Below, in pieces: positions 57,153 through 64,000 of a stretch of 64,000 bases of DNA; the stretch's first letter is position 1; each line of letters opens with the position of its first letter. Source of the stretch: an uncultured Patescibacteria group bacterium (GTDB lineage: Bacteria > Patescibacteriota > Patescibacteriia > Veblenbacterales > UBA10138); contig CALFUV010000008.1 of NCBI GenBank assembly GCA_937929825.1, positions 11,838-75,837 of the forward strand. The letters run 5' to 3'. Both the position numbers and the translations under genes were made by a program. Under the pieces are notes generated by a model. It was given only the letters and a program-made list of their open reading frames with translations, searched no databases and was not told the origin of the DNA.

Positions 57153-58151
57153 ATGTCTGAGCACAAAACCAATATACAGAATATTTTTGATACTATTATA
57201 ATTGGCGGCGGAGCTGCTGGTTTGTCAGCCGCCATTTATGCTGAAAGATATTTAATGAAGACTTTAGTACTGGAAGGCAGGGAGCCGGGCGGAGAAACCG
57301 CTACTGCTTGGATAATTGAAAATTACCCCGGCATCCCCAGTATTGATGGTTATGATTTAATTAAAGCTATGAAAGCTCAAGCTGAAGGTCCGTTAACTAC
57401 TTTTGTGTCTGATTATGCTAGTGAAGTATTATTGCAGGATCATTGTTTTACAGTTAAATCGGAATCCGGTCAAGATTTTTGGGGTAAAACTATAATATTT
57501 GCTCATGGTTCTCGTCGTCGGCGTCTAGGATTGCCTAATGAAAAAAGATTATTAGGTCATGGGGTTTCTTATTGCATAACCTGTGATGCGCCTCTTTATA
57601 AAGATAAGGTTGTAGCTATTGTGGGCGGAGGAGATGCTTCGGTTAAAGGAGCTTGTTTAGCCTCTCAATATTCTGCCAAAATATATTTCATTACCAGAGA
57701 AAAAAATATTAAGGCTGAGCCAGCTAATATGGAAATATTTAATAAAAAGAATAATATTGAAATTATTTATGAAACAGAAGTTAAAGAATTATTAGGCAAA
57801 GAATATTTAAGCGGCATTGTTTTAAATCGTTCTTATAAGGGTAGCGAAAAACTAGAAGTACAGGGTATTTTTATTGAAATTGGATCTGAACCTAATTCCT
57901 CTTTACCTAAAAGTTTGGGAGTAAAAGTTGATGAAAGTGGTTATATAGAAGTTGATGCCATGATGCGAACCAGTGTTCATGGTGTTTATGCCGCCGGCGA
58001 CATTACCAATGCTACAGGAAGTTTTAAGCAGGATATCGTGGCTGCAGCCCAAGGCGCTATTGCGGCCACTTCAGCTTATCGGGATTTAGGTTTACACGGC
58101 AATCAGGCTTGTTTACATCATGCCATTATACCTAAATATTTTAAGTCATGA
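57153..58151 (+). CDS. trxB: Thioredoxin-disulfide reductase-like FAD/NAD(P)-dependent oxidoreductase (TrxB family)
   Basis: FAD motif DTIIIGGGAAGLSAAIYA; redox-active CxxC in SYCITCDA; NAD(P) motif VAIVGGGDA; C-terminal GVYAAGD. Confidence 0.65.
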   Translation: MSEHKTNIQNIFDTIIIGGGAAGLSAAIYAERYLMKTLVLEGREPGGETATAWIIENYPGIPSIDGYDLIKAMKAQAEGPLTTFVSDYASEVLLQDHCFTVKSESGQDFWGKTIIFAHGSRRRRLGLPNEKRLLGHGVSYCITCDAPLYKDKVVAIVGGGDASVKGACLASQYSAKIYFITREKNIKAEPANMEIFNKKNNIEIIYETEVKELLGKEYLSGIVLNRSYKGSEKLEVQGIFIEIGSEPNSSLPKSLGVKVDESGYIEVDAMMRTSVHGVYAAGDITNATGSFKQDIVAAAQGAIAATSAYRDLGLHGNQACLHHAIIPKYFKS

Positions 58152-59617
58152 GTAATTTAAATATTATTCATATTGCCAGCGAAGTATATCCTTATAGTAA
58201 ATCGGGTGGTTTAGCTGATGTAGCCAGATCACTGCCGCGGGCATTAGCCGGTTTTGGTCATCAAGTAGCAGTTATTACTCCTTATTACAGTTCGTTGGAT
58301 AATTCCGGTAAAGATTTGGAACTTTTAGATAAAAAACTAAACATAATTTTGCCCGATAGTAGTCAAGTAGGAGCTCGTTTATGGCGCGGATGGTTGCGGC
58401 ATGATTTACCAGTTTATCTTATTGAGCAAGCCGAATATTTTGGCGCTCATCGTCCAATGTATGGTGATCCTAATGATAACCGGCGTTTTTTTGTTTTTAA
58501 TTTAGCCGCACTGGAAGCTATAAAGTTACTAGGGTACAAACCAGATATAATCCATTGTCATGATTGGCAAACAGGATTAATTCCTCATTTATTGCACATT
58601 GAGCAGAATAAGCAAACAGAAACCTTTAAAAAAGCGCATACTGTTTTTACTATCCATAATTTAACTTTTCAGTTTGGCCATAATTGGTGGGAGGTACCTG
58701 ATGATTTAAGGGATAGTGGTCGTAATAGTTTACCGGAGTGGTGGGATGAGGAGGCCTGGGAAAGAGTTAATTTTGCCAAACGCGCCATTATGCAATCTGA
58801 TTTTATAACCACCGTTTCTGAGCAATATGCCGAGGAAATAATGACTAAAGATTTTGGCCAGGATTTAAACAGAATTTTATTTAAACGTAAAAATAAGTTA
58901 GCCGGTGTGATAAATGGTCTTGATTATCGCGATTATAACCCGGCAACTGATCCGGGATTATACGTGAACTACGATTTAACATCTTTAGACCGGAAGTATG
59001 AAAATAAAAAATATTTACAAAGATCATTTGGTTTACCAGAACGCGCTCGCGTGCCGGTAATAGGAATGGTTTCCCGACTTACAGAGCAGAAAGGCTTTGA
59101 TCTTTTACTGGAAATAATAGAGCCGTTATTAAGACTGGATTTGCAGCTTATTATTATGGGCGGAGGTGATAGTTATTATGCTAAGATTTTGAATAGGATT
59201 GCTCATAAGTATAAGTCCAAAATGGCTGTTCATTTGGAATTTGATGCAGAAAGAGCTACCCAGGTTTATGCCGGCAGTGATATGTTCTTAATGCCTTCTC
59301 GTTTTGAACCTTGTGGTTTAGGGCAGATGATAAGTTTAAGATATGGATCTATTCCCATAGTTCATGCTACAGGTGGATTGGCTGATACCATTCAGGATTA
59401 TAATCCACGTTCGCATAAAGGCAATGGTTTTGTTTTTCGTACCTATGATTCACGTGATTTACTGGTAGCCATTACACGTGCAGTGGTAAGTTTTCGTTAT
59501 GAAAAAGATTGGCGCAAATTAGTGGAACAGGGTATGCACCAGTCTTTTTCTTGGCAGGTGCCGGCTAGTAAATACTTATTAATTTATCGCAAAATTATTC
59601 GTTCAACTGTATCTTAA
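58148..59617 (+). CDS. glgA: Glycogen (starch) synthase, GT5 (paralog 1)
   Basis: N-terminal IIHIASEVYPYSKSGGLADVARSLPRAL (K-x-GGL motif); C-terminal GT-B region with PSRFEPCGL. Confidence 0.8.
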   Translation: MSNLNIIHIASEVYPYSKSGGLADVARSLPRALAGFGHQVAVITPYYSSLDNSGKDLELLDKKLNIILPDSSQVGARLWRGWLRHDLPVYLIEQAEYFGAHRPMYGDPNDNRRFFVFNLAALEAIKLLGYKPDIIHCHDWQTGLIPHLLHIEQNKQTETFKKAHTVFTIHNLTFQFGHNWWEVPDDLRDSGRNSLPEWWDEEAWERVNFAKRAIMQSDFITTVSEQYAEEIMTKDFGQDLNRILFKRKNKLAGVINGLDYRDYNPATDPGLYVNYDLTSLDRKYENKKYLQRSFGLPERARVPVIGMVSRLTEQKGFDLLLEIIEPLLRLDLQLIIMGGGDSYYAKILNRIAHKYKSKMAVHLEFDAERATQVYAGSDMFLMPSRFEPCGLGQMISLRYGSIPIVHATGGLADTIQDYNPRSHKGNGFVFRTYDSRDLLVAITRAVVSFRYEKDWRKLVEQGMHQSFSWQVPASKYLLIYRKIIRSTVS

Positions 59618-59626
59618 ATAAATATT

Positions 59627-61039
59627 ATGACCAAATTAATTTGGGCTAATTTTCTGCATATTTATCAACCACCAACCCAAAAACCATATTGGATTAAGCG
59701 GGTGGCAGAAGAATCCTATCGTAAGATAACTAAAGGTTTATTAATGGCTCCTCAAGCCCAAATAACCATGAATATCAACGGGGTATTATTGGAACTTTTA
59801 GAATCTCATGGCTATGTTGATATTATTCATGATTTGCGGGAGTTACTAATACGTGGGCAACTGGAGCTTACTGGTTCTGCCAAATATCACGCACTTTTGC
59901 CCTTTTTACCACCCTCAGAAGTAGAAAGACAAATTAGGTTAAACGAAGAAACTTTGCAAAGATTTTTTGGCAACGATTGGGTTAAGAAAGGTTTTTTCCC
60001 CCCGGAAATGGCTTTTTCATCTGAATTAGCCAGTATAATTGCCGGGCTTGGTTATAAATGGGTGATAGTTGATGAATTATCTTTTCCAAAAGATCGGGGC
60101 AGGGTTGATTATTCTCAAGTGTACGATGTTGCTGGGTTGTCTGATTTTTCTATTTTCTTTCGTGAACGCCGTATGAGTTGGGTAATACTTTCCGGGCAGA
60201 TTGGCACCGGCAAGTTGCTTATTAAAAGTTTAGGTGACAGGCTTTATCATAAGGAATATTTATTAACCGCCATGGATGGTGAAACTTTTGGTCATCATCG
60301 TCCTGGTTTGGAACAATTATTATTTGAAATTTATAATGAGTCTGAGTTACCAACCGCTAAAGTATCTGAATTGTTATTGATTTTTCCACATCAGCAAGTA
60401 AACCCCCGCTCTTCAACTTGGGCTTTGATGGAAAAAGATTTAGAACAAAAGAAACCTTTTTCTCGTTGGTATGATGAGGATAACGATATTCATAAAATGC
60501 AGTGGCAATTAACTAATTTAGCTTTGTCGACTGTAGCCGGCGCACCGGCTGATGACCCCGGTTATACCCGAGCTCGTGAATCATTGGATAGGGCGCTGCA
60601 TTCTGATCAGTACTGGTGGGCATCTGCTAGGCCGTGGTGGAGTATAGAAATGATTGAACGTGGTGCCAAAGAATTATATGATACCGTGTTAGCCACGCCG
60701 GGAGTTAGTGAAAAGACAAAAGAAGATGCTAAGCATTTGTATCATACTATTGTTTTTACAGCTTTTGACTGGCAACGTTCGGGTTTGGTAGATGAGTTAT
60801 CGCGGCGTGAAGACGAGGATATCAGACAGCGGGTAGATGTTGGTTTGCCGCAGTTACCACGTTCAGAGGTTGATAAGATGGTTAAACGTTTAAGTCAGGA
60901 AATGAAAATGATGTCTGCACAGCAGGAGTATGAGCGAGCTGCACAAATTAGAGATCGTATTGCTGAACTACAAAGGTACGCGGCTGATGTTAGCGTACCA
61001 CAAGCCTCACCGGAAGGGGATTCAGAGTGGAATCAATAA
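59627..61039 (+). CDS. Glycoside hydrolase family 57 enzyme (alpha-glucan branching/amylase type) with a C-terminal UVR-like motif
   Basis: ANFLHIYQPPTQ (GH57 HxHQP-type N-terminal motif), TAMDGETFGHH, and C-terminal QEYERAAQIRDRIAELQ (a UVR motif). Confidence 0.55.
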   Translation: MTKLIWANFLHIYQPPTQKPYWIKRVAEESYRKITKGLLMAPQAQITMNINGVLLELLESHGYVDIIHDLRELLIRGQLELTGSAKYHALLPFLPPSEVERQIRLNEETLQRFFGNDWVKKGFFPPEMAFSSELASIIAGLGYKWVIVDELSFPKDRGRVDYSQVYDVAGLSDFSIFFRERRMSWVILSGQIGTGKLLIKSLGDRLYHKEYLLTAMDGETFGHHRPGLEQLLFEIYNESELPTAKVSELLLIFPHQQVNPRSSTWALMEKDLEQKKPFSRWYDEDNDIHKMQWQLTNLALSTVAGAPADDPGYTRARESLDRALHSDQYWWASARPWWSIEMIERGAKELYDTVLATPGVSEKTKEDAKHLYHTIVFTAFDWQRSGLVDELSRREDEDIRQRVDVGLPQLPRSEVDKMVKRLSQEMKMMSAQQEYERAAQIRDRIAELQRYAADVSVPQASPEGDSEWNQ

Positions 61040-61046
61040 AAATACT

Positions 61047-62456
61047 ATGCAAATATTTTTTGTAGCTTCAGAAGTAACTCCCATTGCCAAAGTAGGCGGT
61101 TTAGGTGATGTAATTGGTGCTCTACCCAAAGCTCTTTATAAATTAGGTGTTAAAGTTTCCATTATTACCGGTTATTATGGAACACACGACGAAAATAAAT
61201 ATCCTACTAAAATTTTATTTAAATCTAAGTTATTTTGGGGTGTTAATGATATTATTTATACAGTCAGGCAGGGGGTTTTGCCCGGCAGTCGGGTAAAAGT
61301 TTATTTTATCGATCAGCCGGAAATAATTGGTTCTGGAAGTGTATATGATAGCCGTACAGCTTTAGCTAACAATCAATCAGAAATAGAGAGATTTTTATTT
61401 TTATGCAAGGCAGCTGTTTTTTTGCCGGGATTTATTGGTATAAAAAATGATATTTGGCATTTACATGATTGGCACGCCGCTGCTTTAGTAGAATTTTTAT
61501 CTCCTGATTCAGCGCCAACATTACTAACAATACATAATTTAGCTAATCAAGGTTGGGCTACTCAGGATACTTTAGCTAAAGCTGGTATATTAACACAAAA
61601 ACAAGAGATAAATATATTTCGTCTTGGTTTGGAAAAAGCTACTTGGCTTTCCACGGTTAGCCCCACTTATGCGCAGGAAATTCAGAAGAGTCCGGAAGGT
61701 GAGGGTTTGGAAGAAGTTATTAAAGCTCGTAGACATGAATTAACAGGTATAGTAAATGGTGTGGATATTGATTTTTTTAATCCAGTAACAGATAAATTTT
61801 TAGCTGACAAATTAAAAAGTAATTTAGATGATTTTAAGAATAGCAATAAACAGGCTTTATTTAAATTTATAAATTTACCCCAGTCATCAGTTCCTTTGTT
61901 TGGCATTGTTTCTCGTTTAACTAGCCAAAAAGGCATAGATCTTATAGTAAACGGCTTGGAACCATATTTACAGCAAGGTAGTTTGCGGTTTGTTTTTTTG
62001 GGAATGGGTGACCCGGCTTTAGAAAAGGCCCTCAAAAATTTGGCTGTTTCTTATCCTAGGGCAGTAGCTGGCAAAATAGGTTTTGATGAAAAATTAGCAC
62101 ATTTAATATACGCAGCGTCTGATTTTTTCCTTATGCCCTCGCGTTTTGAGCCCTGCGGTTTGGGGCAATTAATAGCCATGCGTTATGGTTCAGTGCCCAT
62201 TGTACGGTCAACTGGCGGCCTGAAGGATACAGTTATTGATATTGAATTTAATAAAGGTAATGGATTGGTATTTTTTGATTATAAACCAGAAGCTTTGGGG
62301 CAGGCTATTATCAGAGCATTAGATTTGTATAATAATCGTGGTAAACTTGAAATAGTTAGACAAAGCGCCCGCCAAAGAGATTCTTCTTGGTTAACTTCAG
62401 CTAAGGAATATTATAATTTGTATAAATCATTATGCATCCTAAAAAATCAGAATTAA
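61047..62456 (+). CDS. Glycogen (starch) synthase, GT5 (paralog 2)
   Basis: MQIFFVASEVTPIAKVGGLGDVIGALPKAL and PSRFEPCGLGQL. The start is placed at ATG 61047, not the track's 60930, which would overlap GH57 by 110 nt. Confidence 0.75.
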   Translation: MQIFFVASEVTPIAKVGGLGDVIGALPKALYKLGVKVSIITGYYGTHDENKYPTKILFKSKLFWGVNDIIYTVRQGVLPGSRVKVYFIDQPEIIGSGSVYDSRTALANNQSEIERFLFLCKAAVFLPGFIGIKNDIWHLHDWHAAALVEFLSPDSAPTLLTIHNLANQGWATQDTLAKAGILTQKQEINIFRLGLEKATWLSTVSPTYAQEIQKSPEGEGLEEVIKARRHELTGIVNGVDIDFFNPVTDKFLADKLKSNLDDFKNSNKQALFKFINLPQSSVPLFGIVSRLTSQKGIDLIVNGLEPYLQQGSLRFVFLGMGDPALEKALKNLAVSYPRAVAGKIGFDEKLAHLIYAASDFFLMPSRFEPCGLGQLIAMRYGSVPIVRSTGGLKDTVIDIEFNKGNGLVFFDYKPEALGQAIIRALDLYNNRGKLEIVRQSARQRDSSWLTSAKEYYNLYKSLCILKNQN

Positions 62457-63382
62457 GAAAAGATTATATACAAGACAAATACGTTATTATTGCGCCACGT
62501 CGTTTAAGTCGACCGCACGGACGGGATGTAAATTTTGACTTAGCCTCCTTAGCAAAATCATCCGTTAAGAAGGAGAATTGCGTTTTTTGTCCTCCTAATT
62601 TGAAAATTAATGGCGCTTTATTAATTGTTGGCGGTAAAAAAGATTGGCAGATAGTAGTTTTAAAAAATAAATATCCAGCAGTATCGTTAGATAACCCCAA
62701 AGCTTATGGTTCTCAGGAAGTAGTGGTGGAAACACCAGATCATAAATTACAAATGGAGCAATTCACCACCAAACAGATAGCGCAAATATTAGATGTTTAT
62801 GCCATGAGGACTAAATCATTAATGGATAATCCAAAATTGGAATATATACTTATTTTTAAGAATAATGGTGGCCGGGCCGGTGCTTCTTTACAACATGCTC
62901 ATTCACAGATATTTGCCACCGGTTTTTTGCCACCGCATTTGCTTGATAAATCACAAAGGGTGCAGGCTTATAAATTACAAACCGGAAGGTGTGTTTATTG
63001 TGATGTGATTGCCCAGGAAAGCAAGAGCCCGCGTCTCATTTATCAGGATGATTATATGATAGCTTTTGCGCCCTATGCCTCTCTTTATAATTATGAGGTT
63101 TGGTTAATGCCTAAAAGGCATTTGGATAACGTTACAAATCTGTCGGCGCAGGAAATAGCTTCAACTGCCCGTATGTTACAAAAGATAATCCGTAAAGTTG
63201 TTTATGATCTTAAACTACCTTACAATTATTATTTTCATCAGGTAGTGCATGATGAAGATCAGCATTTATATATCAAAATAACTCCGCGTGGCAGTGCCTG
63301 GGCAGGTGTGGAAATAGGATCTGGTGTGGTAGTCAATCCGGTAGCCCCTGAAGAAGCAGCTAGATTTTACCGGGGAAAATAA
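62432..63382 (+). CDS. GalT-family (HIT-like) nucleotidyltransferase: galactose-1-phosphate uridylyltransferase or ADP-glucose phosphorylase-like
   Basis: Zinc-site CVFCPPN and active-site QHAHSQI (H-x-H-x-Q), the two hallmark GalT motifs. Confidence 0.6.
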   Translation: MHPKKSELRKDYIQDKYVIIAPRRLSRPHGRDVNFDLASLAKSSVKKENCVFCPPNLKINGALLIVGGKKDWQIVVLKNKYPAVSLDNPKAYGSQEVVVETPDHKLQMEQFTTKQIAQILDVYAMRTKSLMDNPKLEYILIFKNNGGRAGASLQHAHSQIFATGFLPPHLLDKSQRVQAYKLQTGRCVYCDVIAQESKSPRLIYQDDYMIAFAPYASLYNYEVWLMPKRHLDNVTNLSAQEIASTARMLQKIIRKVVYDLKLPYNYYFHQVVHDEDQHLYIKITPRGSAWAGVEIGSGVVVNPVAPEEAARFYRGK

Positions 63383-63390
63383 AAAGAATA

Positions 63391-63996
63391 ATGTTCGGTT
63401 TAACTTCTGCTGAACTTAAATTATTAACCAAACCTCGTACACCCGCGGCTATTCAGGATTTTTTGGAAAAAATTCCTATTAATTTTGAGAAAAAAGGCGA
63501 AACCGTACTTTCTCCCCGCCGGGTAATAAAAGAATGGCGCTGTCATTGCGCCGAAGGAGCTTTTTTAGCCGCCCTAATGTTGCGTTTGCAGGGGTATAAA
63601 CCATTGGTGGTAGATTTAAAATCTGTTTGGCATGATGATGATCATGTAATCGCAGTTTGGCGACAACACGGATATTGGGGAGCTATCAGTAAAACTAATC
63701 ACGCTGTTTTGCGTTATCGTGAACCAATTTACCGCGACATTAGGGAATTAGTTTTATCTTATTTTCATGAATATTTTACTAATAATGGCGTAAAAACCTT
63801 ACGCAGTTATTCTAAGCCGGTTAATTTAGCAAGATTTGACAAACGAAGTTGGGTAATTTCAGAGCAGGATTTATGGTATATTGTGCGTTATTTGGATAAA
63901 GTGCCACATTATCCAGTAATTAACAGAAGTCAAATTAGTAATCTGCGTTTAGCTGATAAAATAGAACGCCAAGCTGGCAAATTGACAGCTTGGTAA
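63391..63996 (+). CDS. Hypothetical protein with a Cys...His...Asp arrangement reminiscent of papain/transglutaminase-like folds
   Basis: EWRCHCAEGAFLAALMLRLQGY ... DDDHVIAVW; ORF only. Confidence 0.3.
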   Translation: MFGLTSAELKLLTKPRTPAAIQDFLEKIPINFEKKGETVLSPRRVIKEWRCHCAEGAFLAALMLRLQGYKPLVVDLKSVWHDDDHVIAVWRQHGYWGAISKTNHAVLRYREPIYRDIRELVLSYFHEYFTNNGVKTLRSYSKPVNLARFDKRSWVISEQDLWYIVRYLDKVPHYPVINRSQISNLRLADKIERQAGKLTAW

Positions 63997-64000
63997 AAAA

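Noticed and set aside
60930-61046. Track start for glgA paralog 2 at 60930, overlapping GH57 by 110 nt
   Set aside because: The homologous N-terminus (MQIFFVASEVTPIAKVGGLGDV) begins at ATG 61047, immediately after the GH57 stop. The upstream extension has no homology to the synthase and lies inside the GH57 reading frame.

Overview
The window is a low-GC (roughly 35-40%) bacterial chromosomal segment with tightly packed genes that mostly run in the same direction. The gene content fits a small-genome, Patescibacteria/CPR-like organism, but that placement is inference. Features supported by the sequence:

- **Housekeeping genes:** a partial RNase J, SecG, a PcrA/UvrD helicase, UvrC and UvrA (nucleotide-excision repair), and groES-groEL behind a perfect CIRCE operator.
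- **Other core genes:** PEP synthase, dnaG-rpoD, three tRNAs (Leu-CAG, Ser-GGA, Asn-GUU), plsY, uppP, pgpA, and a DD-carboxypeptidase.
- **Cell-surface glycosylation:** a GT2 glycosyltransferase, a large polytopic membrane protein, a SAM methyltransferase, and an O-antigen-ligase-like protein.
- **Thiol-disulfide cluster:** an ArsR regulator, a CxxC thioredoxin-like protein, a DUF318 permease, a Trx-DsbD fusion, a CxxC lipoprotein and two CcdA paralogs. A membrane-anchored cupredoxin and a DoxX-TrxB pair lie elsewhere in the window.
- **ECF sigma/anti-sigma pair** followed by a GerMN-domain protein.
- **Type IV pilus locus:** PilB, PilC and seven pilin-like genes, three of them 489-643 aa.
- **Glycogen cluster:** two GT5 glycogen synthases, a GH57 enzyme and a GalT-family nucleotidyltransferase.

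The most unusual signals:

1. Two homologous, GC-rich, roughly 144-nt non-coding elements with compensatory stem changes. Each sits immediately downstream of one of two distantly related GerMN-domain genes. This is a candidate new structured-RNA family.
2. A thrice-repeated palindromic operator-plus-promoter motif (ATTCGYRCGAAT-rG-TAGAAT) around a small ArsR-like regulator gene. One copy appears to drive only a ~50-nt transcript ending at a terminator.

No CRISPR arrays, integrases, transposases or rRNA genes were seen. All calls rest on reading the translations and the DNA by eye; no database searches were run.
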